Below are positions 27,831 to 39,100 of a stretch of DNA of 64,000 bases, one piece after another. The notes beneath the pieces were generated by a model. That model was not told where the DNA came from. It saw only the letters and a list, made by a program, of their open reading frames with translations, and did no database searches. The stretch lies in the NCBI GenBank assembly GCA_965153455.1, contig OZ234493.1, positions 2,604,001 through 2,668,000 on the forward strand. The letters run 5' to 3'. This DNA comes from Sphagnum compactum. Taxonomy: Eukaryota. Every line of letters starts with the position of its first letter. The stretch's first letter is position 1. A program made the translations under genes and the position numbers.

Positions 27831-30800
27831 CTGAGTTAATATTTGATTTCATCTTGGTAACTAATTTTGTAAGAAATAGGTCTCATATATTGGTAGATAG
27901 GTAGGAAAATAGGTAATACTCTAGTAAGTAGATGATTTATACTTAGGTAAGGGCTGCTTTTACTACCTACTTACTAACAAATCACTTTGTGGGTTGTTAG
28001 TAGGTAGGTAGTAAAAAAAAAGTACTGAGTTAACCACCATGGTTATACTGATTCTTCAAATACCTGGAAGCAGCGGTTCTTTGAAAAATCAAAGAACTGC
28101 ATGATACTGTTCGAGAAAAACTAGGGTTGTAGATACATGGCAAGACATGTTTTTTGTGTTGTATCAATTTGAAAAAGTCTGATACCCTACCCATTCTCTC
28201 AAGTGTGTAAACATGTGTTTCATCGAGGTTGCTTATCTCCAAATCTTAAATCCCTTTCCCATTGAACACTTGAACAAAGTTAAGAACCCGCAAACACTCT
28301 TTAGTAGATACGAAAGGGTTGTTTGTAGGTAGGTAGATCTTCTTCAAAAGAAAATTTGTCATGTTTTTGACAAAAAATTGGGTATTTTTGGGAATTGTTT
28401 TCTAGTGCAAATTTGACTAATTTTTCTATTCTTTGGGGGGAAAAGTCACCAATTTTTTTTATATATCACAATACTTACATAATTTAAAATATCCCTATTT
28501 ATATATAATTAAAACCATGTTTGGGATGGGTGATAATGCTGAGAATTTCACCAAGTCAGTTTTACCACCTCAGTGTGAATCCAGCTTAAGATGATCTTAA
28601 TGCCAATTTTCTCATGTTCCACATATTCTAATGTGGCAAGCTAATTGTCTTCCACTTATACTAATGTGACAAACTTGTAAACATATTATACAAATTCATA
28701 TTTATGCTACATTTATCAGTTTACATCATATAGTAAATGTAAGGTAGAGAGTAGAGATTTACCCCCTATATAACTATGCTAATATCATTTACACTTACAT
28801 AGCCATATTCATTAATATACTTGCATTTACCCTTGTGTATATCATTCCATTTTCCCTTACACTACACAAATTGAGGGAGTGTAAATCATTTTCACATACA
28901 CTTACATGAGCCAATGTAAATAAAGCGTTGGCATGTATAAGGCCGTGTAAATGATTAGTGTATTTTGATTTGACCCCATACTCATGTTGGCACTTTGTAA
29001 TGTGTTTCAATGCAATGTGGCCATTTTACATTGAAATTGCATTTTGATTTGGCAATCAATGTGTACATCATTCTTAAAGTGTATTCACAAAGATTGGTGG
29101 GACACTTTGACAATTTTTTAAAATCATGCCTACATGTTTTCCACTTATTAACTTTCATGCTTTATGTATCCATGCAATTTTTTACACCATTTTACATAGT
29201 CATTACATTATGTGTAAGTGTATTTGTTTTACACGTACACTTCAATATTTCTACAAGGCCAAAGTGAACCAGCACCCACCAGTGCACCATGAATGATGGA
29301 TGGTAAGTGATCAAGAAACAAATTTCTATTGGGTTCCAGTTCCCTAGCTAACCACCATGGTTAGCTAAGTTACTATTTTTGTACCTACCTACGAACAACC
29401 TGCAAGTGAGTTGTTAGTAAGTAGGTAGTAAAAGCATCCCTTACCTATATTTAACCCCTTAACAGCCAGATCTGGTTTTTTTTCAAATTTTAAATGGCTC
29501 TAAAAATTTGAGATTTTAATGGTTTTCATTTTATTTTTTGAGTGAGTGTAACTTTTCAAGATCTTTCTTATAATATGCTTGGTTGCCCAAAATGCCCATT
29601 TTCTTGTAAATTATGTTTTTAGTCAAAAACATTTGTTCCCAAAAAAAAAAACAAGTGGGGGGAAGGGGAAAGTGAATACATAAATAAAAACAGAAGGAAA
29701 GAGGATTAGTGTTACATTAAATCTTTTGATCAAGGTCTGGAACGAGGTCTTGATTGAGGTCTCCAAACGAAGGAAGAAGATCCAGACCATGTGAGAGGCT
29801 CCTGGAAGAACAAGTCCAACTGACATCCCAAATAAGATGAAGTCCTGAACCAGGTCACAAATGAAATGCCGAGTTTTGTTCTTGAGCTCCAGACGATTCG
29901 TTCCTGCCACAGGGATACGCGCGGGGGCCCTGGTCGGCGGCGGAATGGGAAGCTGCAAATGCATCGCTCAATGTTGACGCGATGCGCTCATTGTGGAGCT
30001 TGGGTGCGATGGCAGACAGCGCGAGAGCAGCCCAGCCCAAAGCTCGCTGATCCGACCTCCAAATATGCCTGGGGAAAAAGCTTGGAGTGCACACAAACGG
30101 CGTAGACCTAAGAAGCTCAAATTACAATCTTCTGTCGCGTATAGTTCTCGAACTGAATCCCGCACGGACAGTCGTCCTCTTCCTCACTCACCATCGACTA
30201 TCTTGGCAGACTTACGGCAGAGCCAGTATCACATTTAAGCATCCTGCAATCTTGAAGGGAGCTCCAGTTGCAGCTTGTACCCAAAATATATAGCCCGGGC
30301 TTCAAGACCGCTGCTGTTGGAAGTGAAGAAGACTCAGACACCCAAGCTGCAACACCGTCGAGCAACTAGCTAGTCTGTCCAGTGCCTACAGCAGGAACTC
30401 AAGAAAGCTCCAGCTGCAGCCTCTTGAAGGAAGGAAGAATTACAACTGCTACCTATATCTGGATGGGATGGTAATCGTACCTTTCAGAACTAAGGGCGTG
30501 TACTGTCTGAGAGAAGCAGCTGTAGCACCGTAACCTTGATGATTGAGCTCAATTTCACAGCTGTAATTCCCAGTGTAGAGCAAGGTCTAGGCGCCTTAAA
30601 CCCTAAACCCTCGACTCCAATGTACACAATATAAGAGCAAAAGGCCAAGAACAAGATGAAAGGTCCATGTGAAACCTTTGTCTGCAGTCTTTACACACAG
30701 CCTTTAGAACAGACTGCATGACCCTAGCAGCTAATTCCAATTTCCAAGTAGCCAAATTCTTCCACTTCCCAAATTCCAATGCCCATGATCCAATAGTACA

Positions 30801-31202
30801 AATCCAAATGCCAGTAGAAGGGGGGAAATGAATGTGGAAGCGTGCACCAGTGTAACACAAATGTCAATGCGCAGCAGTCAGTCCATTTACACAAGTATTA
30901 ATTATGGGAATCTATAAGTGCAGTACTATCATCTTGTCTGCCGTGATGGAGGGAGCGTGTGCAGGTGCTGCTGATCAGGAGGGCAGATTACAGACTACAG
31001 TATTTTACATATCGTAAAATAGGCCTGGCAAGACCTAGTCATTAAGCACTAAAGTTGTGGTGCTCCAAAAGCTGGCCCACCTGACATGATCAATCGCCAG
31101 ACTGACCAGTAATTAATGAGAGATAATTCAGCAATAACCATGCCACATGGACCTGCCTATTTGGGTGGCAGCTAGGTATACCCAAGTACACAAATAGGGA
31201 AC

Positions 31203-31605
31203 TTGATCACCTTATTCCTGAATCATTCTTTTGGACTAGACTGGAGCAAAGAAATGGCTTTGTCAATTCTGTATAAACCTACATCGACATAGGTTTAGCC
31301 TCCCTTGACCCTCAAGAGAACTGCTGATCTCTGACGTACACCTTAAACTAAATCATTCTTTCGGAGACTGCAGCAAAGAAATGGTCATGTCGATCCTACA
31401 AAAACTTACATCGACGTAAGTTTAGCCTCCCTTGACTCTCAAGAGAACTGCTGATCATGCCTACCTTGCACCTTAATCTTGAATCATTCTTTTGGACACT
31501 GGAGCAAAGAAATATATGGGTACATCGATCCATTCTGCCAGAAAAAAAAGAAACTTACGTCAACATAGGTTTAATCTCCTTGACCCTCCACAGAACTCCT
31601 GATGC
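31203..31605 (+). repeat. Tandem repeat, ~127-bp unit x3 (diverged)
   Basis: AATCATTCTTT..GGA..CTG(G/C)AGCAAAGAAAT...ACATCGAC(A/G)TA(G/A)GTTTAGCCTCCCTTGAC.CTCAAGAGAACTGCTGATC recurs at ~31220, ~31351 and ~31481. Confidence 0.8.
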
Positions 31606-34600
31606 CTACTTTCACCTCAGGCAGTGGGCTTCTTTGATGATGATTTCATTTCAAGCTTGTGACATGTTCCTCTATCAAAGCTTGGGGAATCTCTAATGTG
31701 GGTTGTGCTCTGGGTGGAAGACCCACAGCTTCTTGAAGCACACAACTATCTGCTGGTTGTTTCTCCCTTTGCCTTCAGTTGGTGGTAACCTTACACCTAC
31801 CCCAGTGACTTGAGGGTTTTGGGTTTAGGGTTCTACATTCTGTTGCTTTTGTGTATTTGGCTCTGCTCCCTCATAGAGGGAGGAGAGACTACAGAGTACA
31901 TAATAATGCAGAGTTCCATGTGGTCCTTTCTTTTGAGTTCTGTGAACTAACTGTGACTCTAGTCTGTGAGTTTCAATTTTTTTAGAAACTTCATGAATCA
32001 TTTCCTATTTTGACTTGTTGCTAAATTTGAACTTGTCATTAGGGGTACATTCCACTAGCCACTTCTTATTAGTCTTTTTGTTGAGGGCAGAGTTGGGTAT
32101 TATGATGTATGTCCCACAAATATCTACTATAACCAGTGATCTTTTGGGGCACGAAACTTGTTGCTTTTTGGACCAACCAAAAATTGGGAATTCTCTTTCT
32201 TTCTTTCTAGTGCAGTTTTGGCTAATTTTTCTCATCATTTTTGGAAAAAAACGGCCAAATTTTATACTGATTGGGACTAACTAAGACCATCAACCAAAAA
32301 AAAAAAGTTAGATTAAACTTACTTTTAAGTTCTTTTAATTAGATATTTGGATCTAGTAAAGTCTCATTAACAATCAATTATGTGAACAAATAAGGAGGGG
32401 GGGGGAGAGTTCCTACTCCCATGCAGATAGAACAAGCCAATGGATGATACCCAAAATAAGGGTTATGAATGTACTATATCTACTACTCCAATTTTTGTGT
32501 GTTTTTTTTCCATTTCTTTTTTAGGAACTGGGGCTCCAGTCAAGGATAACGAAAGATAAGGATTCATATACCGCTCACAATGTTGCACATGATATATTAG
32601 CCTAGGAAACAAAGGGGATGATGAACATGGGTGGAAACATATTTCTTTTTTGGGAAGAGGGGGGGCTACTATTTTCTAGGCATCCAATGCAGCCAATGAG
32701 ATGACTGAACATACTCCTAAGAAGGTACATCTTTTTTTCCTTTGGGACTTGGGTGGGAGTGAGGATGGAATTTTTTTATTTTTGTGTTCCCACCATGTTC
32801 CCATATGTTCCCCCATGATGTTCCCAATCTGACCTCACTTTATCCCGTATCCTTTAGCCAAAGTTCTCTTCTCACCTATATAGGTGAGCCCAAGGGGAGG
32901 CACTCCATCCTCACATAGAAACTACTATTTTTGGGGAGCCTCCAAAGTTTCAGTTTTTTTGGGTGATGGGCCAATCAAAATGTTCCCTTAAACATTCCTT
33001 CATCTCCTTGCCGAGTATTTTTACTATTTATTTTTCCCACTTCAACAGAAACAATAAAAATTTCTTGAAATTCTGGCACTTTCAAAGACCTGGCCACAGA
33101 CACCTGGAATAAACAAAATGACCATATACACTACTAGACAACAATAGAATTTCTATAAATTTTGGCATTGTGGGCAACTAATTTTGAGAAAAAACAGCAT
33201 TTACTGAAAGGAATTTAATTTATATGCATCATGGTAAAGGTACTACAATAACCCACCATGTCCATTAATCAGGAGAATGATGTGAAAAAAAGGGCTGAGG
33301 GAGGGGGAAGGTTGCAAGACCAATTGAGGAACAAAATAAAATATATATATTTAATTTAAAAGAAAAACTCTCCACCTAGTCAAAGGGTAGCAAAAACTAC
33401 TCCCAAAAAAAAAAAAAAATCAAATTTTCAAAAAAAAGAACAAGTATCCAAAATTGGTGAACACAAACCAAAAAAAAGCACACACACACACACACACACA
33501 CAAAAACAAACCACCTCAAAAAACTAAATGGGGGAGGGATTCATTCCTTTGGCCCATCTATTCATGTCCACCTTTCTGGTAGTACCTACAGAGTTTTACT
33601 GCAAAAAAAGTGTAGCATCAATGTAGGGTTAAATGGAGGGCCCTTTACATTAAAAATGGGATTTTAGGGTAGATTACATACATAGTCACCAATAACAGCC
33701 CTAAGAAAAAAATTAATTAATTAATTAAATGCATGATTGGGCTCATCTAGGAATAGTATAAGGTCCTTCAAAGTGAGGGCTAGAATCCAAGATGCCTACC
33801 CACTCATTGAAACCTAGTCTATGAACCTGGAGATAGTAGGTACCTTGCAAAAGGTCGCCTAGAAATTCGGATCTATGGATAGGAAGCTATGATTAGGCTA
33901 GACTGGGGCTGAGTGGGTACTAGTGGGTAGGCTAGGCTAGGCTAGGCTAGGCTAAACTAGACTAGACTAGACTAGAGTTAAGCTAGAGTAGCTGCTGTGT
34001 GGCCGTCCTTTGCACCATTTCTTCTCCCACTTGATCTCTCTCGCTGCCAAAATCTCTCCCTCCCCAAAAGATCCAAAGTCGCGGTTGTTGTTGCCGATGA
34101 TCATGAAGTTGTTGTTGTCGTAAATTTTTCTTTGCTCTGCATTTCTTTTTCTCTGTTCTGTTTTGGTTTTTTTGGTTGGGCTCTGGAGAGGAGGGTTCTG
34201 TTGTTGTGTCTTCTCTTGTTTTCGCAAGATTGAAGCTTTGGTGTGGTGGTGGTGGAGGATAAGATTGGTGAGCAGTGACGCAGTGGAAAAGGAAAAAAAG
34301 GGGGGGGGGGGAGCACTTTCTCTCTTTTTTTCCTTGTTTCTTTTTTTTTTGGCTGGTGAGGAAGCACAAGAAACTTGCTTGTTCTGTCTTGGGCTGTGCT
34401 AGTTTTTTTTGAGACCCACTTCTTCTTCTTCTTCTTCTTTTTCTGTTTGGATCTGTGTTCTGGTTCAAATGTTCTGAGTAGATTTGTGGTGGTGACGGAT
34501 ATGTTCTCTTACATGGCATTTTTGGAGTTTTTCTCAGGGATGTTGTTGTGGTGTTTTTGAACATGCTGTAGACTTGCTGCAGTCCTTAATGATCTTGGTC

Positions 34601-34684
34601 CATGATGATGTCGAGCGAAACTTGGTTGCGATGAAGGTGGAGGCGGTTTGAATGATCCAGGCGTTTTTCTTTTTTTCTGGCCTA

Positions 34685-34838
34685 CATGTGAGGAGGGATC
34701 TCACGTGTGTGTGTGGGTTGGGCGAAGCGGAAGTATATTGCAGTATAGAGCTTGTCGGTTAGCCATCTGAGTTCCTCGAGCTACGTCCATTGGCGAAAAA
34801 CTACGTGGAAGAAGGGAAGCCCGGAGGATCTATAAAGA
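34685..34838 (+). promoter_or_regulatory. Putative PIF gene core promoter (TATA box, G-box, PBE-box)
   Basis: TATAAAG at 34831, CACGTG at 34702-34707, CATGTG at 34685-34690, ATTGG at ~34790. Downstream is a probable 5'UTR exon ending at the CG|GTAAGT donor (35156/35157), whose intron would end at TTGCAG (36162), just before the ATG. Confidence 0.5.
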
Positions 34839-36165
34839 AGTTTTGAGGATTTGTGCAGCAGCAGCAGCAGCGGTGCAAGAACTAGTCATCGTCGAAGAAG
34901 AAGCTTGTTCAATTCTGAATGGAGTTGGGATTTTGATCAGCCAGCGGTTTGTGTCAAGAATCTCAATGCTGTAATGCTCTACTTCTCCTTCCTGCTGCAG
35001 GAGGATCATCCCGAGTCCTCCTGGACCCTCTAAAACAGAGCTGCTGCTCACTGAGTGTTCATTCTTTCTCTTGGGCTGTTGGGTCGCTGTGTAGTACGGG
35101 TGCATGCAAGGCAGTAGTATCAACAAAGCGACCAACTCCCCAGTCTAGCACGTCCGGTAAGTAACAAAGTTTTCTTAAGGGATTCCGAAGGGAGTTCAAT
35201 TCACTCATTCAAGTTTGAGCCTTTTCAGGGACCTGTCATGGTGAGGTTGAGAGCTCATGAGTGAGCACAAGGAAAATTACCCAAGTTGAGCCAAGCCTTG
35301 GAATAAATATTCTACAGATGAGGAATTTGGTGAGCTTCTGAAAACAGAGCCTCTTTTTTCTCTTTCATCAAAATTCAGGAAGACACTTCAAGGGTTGGTG
35401 GCGAAAGTCTGGAGGTTTTTTTTATCTCCCTTCAGTGAGAGACAGAAAGAGAATGTGACTTGTGGATGTATGTGGGAGAGTTCAGCTTCAGATTAGGATA
35501 GTGAAGAGCACTGTAGTAGGAAGCAAAGAACAGGGACAACTCAAGAGGAAAATATATAGTGCCCAACCGTGTAGACTGCATGAATCCGGGAGCTTGAAGG
35601 TTCTGGAACAGCACAGGCACTGGTCAAAAGAGGGCACTGCAGCAAGACACAAGAAAAAACGTTCAGCCAAGGTGTGCATGACCTCCTCCTCCTCCTACTC
35701 CTCAAGCTTCCTCCCATGGAAATCTGGCTTACCTTAGTGTTAAATTTTGCTCTCTGGGTCTTCGGAAAACATTTCCAATTCTACAGTAATTAATTTCTTC
35801 AGCTGGTACATGTTGTTCTTCAACTAGAATTGTTGCCACATGGATTTTATTTCTTTTTTCACATGGATGTGGTGGAAGATTTTTTCTTCAGATAGCATGA
35901 TTTATTAGTGTTTTGTGGAGTGATTTTTCTTTCCTTTTGCCTTTCCCCTGGAAGCCAAATGAATTTTCCTAACCACCAGGAGTGAACTTTTCTTCACAAT
36001 TGACATTGTCAAAAAACCTGGCAATGATTTTGGTAGTGATCTGTAGTGCCAATTTTGGTTCTATTCCTTGGCCTAAGCAGCATGCACGTGCATCATGATT
36101 TTTAAGCTTCTCAGGTTATGAGTCTTAAATCTTCCAAATTTGTTTTCTCTTTTTTATTGCAGAGT

Positions 36166-39100
36166 ATGAGTTTTTGTGTTCCAGAATGGGGTACCCGCAG
36201 TGGTGGAATGCTCGATGCTGTGACACCAGCAAATGATTATCCACAACTAGCTCCCAAAGGGAGAGGCGACTCCATCCGCCACCAAAAAGCTCACCTCCCT
36301 GATTTGGCCTCTGTGTAAGTCATACTATAATTTTTATTCATTGAGCCTTCTTGTGTCAAAATTTTTTGGTTGTGAATACATACATGTGTGCTCTTCTTGG
36401 GAAGCAGCAGTCTAAAGTTTTGTGGTTAGTGCTAATGGTTCCTGTCATCACTCTCAAGAAGTTCCTGCCATGTGAGATGCTACGTGTCAGAGGGAATTGT
36501 AGAGGTCAACTATCCATCCAAATTGTTACAACTTCTGGGGGGGTTAATATCATTGGGGCAAATTTCAAATGAACATTTTTTACCCAGTTATTGCTGGTGG
36601 AAAGGTTTCTCAGTCTCTCTGAAGAAGATGGCAGTGCCAAGGGTGAAACCAGAATGCTCATGAAGTCATGCTTGTGGCAGATCTTAATGGCATACTTGTC
36701 TCTGTTTTTTCAATCTTGTTTGCCAACTTTTGAAACAATAGATGAACCGGTGTCCTCTTTGATGTCTATTTTTTTTGTCTTGTGTTGCAGGCCAGACCAA
36801 GACAGTCTGGACTTGGCTTGGATGGAAAATGGAGATGCAGAAAATGGGCATTTTGATATGCAATGTCCAACTAGTGGAGGCTGTAATTCAGAGTTGCAGG
36901 TGAATTACTCAGCTAACTGGGGCATTGGACATGGGATGGAGGATACTGGGTTGCCATCAAAGTTGCCAGGGATGCTGGTGAATGAACCTTCTTTGGCAAC
37001 TGCTGGAGACCAGGCATTGCCAATCATCAACATCCAAGATGATGAGATGATCTCTTGGTTGCAGGATCCACCTGAGGATTCTTTGGATCAGAATTATGGT
37101 GTGGACTTGTTTGGTGAGCTTCCTGTCACCAACATACAGGTTTTTGCAGATGCATTTTCTGGGCAGGGTATGATCGGACGATCTGCACGTATGCAACCAA
37201 GTGGAATTTCAGGGAATACTGGGAATTCTGCTCTGGCAACCAGGGATGTAAATGCAGACATGGCAATGACATTAGGGGCCTGTCGGGCAGCAGGTTTGAT
37301 ACGCCAGGGTGCTGGAGTAGAGGCCTTCAGCCAAGTGCGAACACTGCAACCATTGGGTACAAGGCAACCTCCTGGTATCACTTCAAGTTCATCCCCAAGC
37401 CTTAATCAAGGCATCACCGGAACTGAAAATCCCTTCAGAACCTCCTCACCCATGTCTGGGTCCCTCTTGGTCCCTATGCTTCCACCAAAATCAAAGCCAG
37501 TTGCAGCAGCTACTTTCAACAGCTTGCCATCTAATAATCCACTGGTTGAAAAATCAGGAGCTATGAATTTTCCTGTCTTTGCACGGCCAGCAGCTCTGAT
37601 GAAAGCCAACTTGCAAAGTTTGAACATGACATCTATCCTGCCCTCCAACTTGATGCGCTTCAAATCACAACAAGGAAGACTTGTGAATTTGGAAGCAAGC
37701 ATGTCAACCAGCTCTTGTGTCACAGAGTTGACCGCACGAGGGCAAACTTGTGCCTCACAACCTTGCAGAGATGAATCCTTGCAGACTCAAAATGAACTTG
37801 AGATGCAACTTGAAGCAACTACAGGATGCCACCAGACACCAAACGTGGGAGTGGATTCGCTGTCACCAATGCCAAGCTCGGTGTCTAGGAAGGAGGTTCA
37901 AGCAGTTGCAGCATCTGCAGGGGAAGCTACATATTGTGGAACTGAACCCAAAGACCAGGATACCAGCCATCATTCAAGTGGGACAACAGGTAGTGCAGTC
38001 CCCACCTCCTCAGATTTAGCGGTTTCACAAACTACAAGCATCCCAGAGGTGCAGGAACCAACAATAACGTCTGGATCAGGGGGAGCAACAGTTCAAGCCT
38101 ACTCGGATCGAGGAGCCTTGCAAGGTACAAGTGTCCCAGAGGTGCAGGAGCCGACAATCACATCTGCATTGGGAGGATCTGGCAATACTGGCCTGAAGAG
38201 GGTTGTCAAAGAGATATCATCCGCAGCAAACAAGAAGTCTAAGAAGTTGCATGTGGTGGAAGAAGTTGAATGCACAAGAGCAGTAAGTACCCTGGACAGC
38301 TCTCTGATAACCTAATGTGATGATGTTTGTGTCCAGCATCCTAACTGCAAAATCTGATTGTTCACCCATGTTAACTGCCAGAATGAATGAGCAAAACAAG
38401 AAAATGAAAAGGATAGGCTTTGGGGTTTGCAAAAAAGAATGTCACACTAAGTTGACTAGAGTATTTTTTGCTCTATGCAAGCTTCTGCAGCAATCTGATT
38501 GCACTCACTGGGGATGTCAGGAACATGATTCTCTAGATGGGAAAAAACCAAATCGTGGGAGCACAGCCAAGCGGAATAGGGCTGCAGAAGTTCACAACCT
38601 GTCTGAGCGAGTAAGTTGAAATCAACCACTGGGTCTATCACATGTACTAGACAGTATTTTGCTTCTGGTTGACCATGTTTTTTTGCCCCCCTATTGCTCC
38701 TTTGCTTTTGGAAACTGTTCAAATCTTTGTCTGTGGGGATATTCATGTCTGCATGTTCTGTGTCCCTGCATGTTCTGTTCTGACTATCTTTTAGAAGACA
38801 AAGCTCTCCTGTGTGTTCTTATTAGCTGCCTGTTTTGTCAGTAACATCAAGGAGTGGAGATCAGCATTTGATGAAAATTTGTTTCTAATGTGATGTTATA
38901 GCGAAGAAGAGACAGAATAAATGAGAAGATGAAGTCTCTACAAGAGCTGATACCAAACTCTAACAAGGTATGCGCTCTTGATTTTTCAAGTGCAGCTATT
39001 ATAATTCTCAATTTGTTGAGTGCTGCTGCTGCTGCACATGGTCAAAAGCATTCTTCTCTAGATCAAATCCAATGTTCCTCTAAACTGAGCATTGGAAGAA

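Noticed and set aside
30252..30265. TTGAAGGGAGCTCC, identical to the 3' part of miR159/miR319
   Set aside because: The 5' seed (TTGGA) is missing and there is no long precursor stem. As a target or mimic on the other strand it lacks seed pairing.
30280..30900. Telomerase RNA candidate (TATA plus a CCCTAAA template-like tract at 30597)
   Set aside because: No USE element was seen, the tract exceeds two repeats, and no pseudoknot or Pol III terminator pattern is evident.
31203..31605. CRISPR-like array
   Set aside because: The whole unit is duplicated with no unique spacers, the context is eukaryotic, and there are no cas genes.
33967..34564. 193-aa and overlapping K/R/Q-rich minus-strand ORFs
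   Set aside because: These are artefacts of T/TTC/GTT low-complexity upstream or leader sequence of the PIF gene.
36591..36790. N-terminal extension of the 574-aa ORF
   Set aside because: It lies inside intron 1 (donor 36315, acceptor 36790), and the conserved MSFCVPEW start is in the upstream exon.
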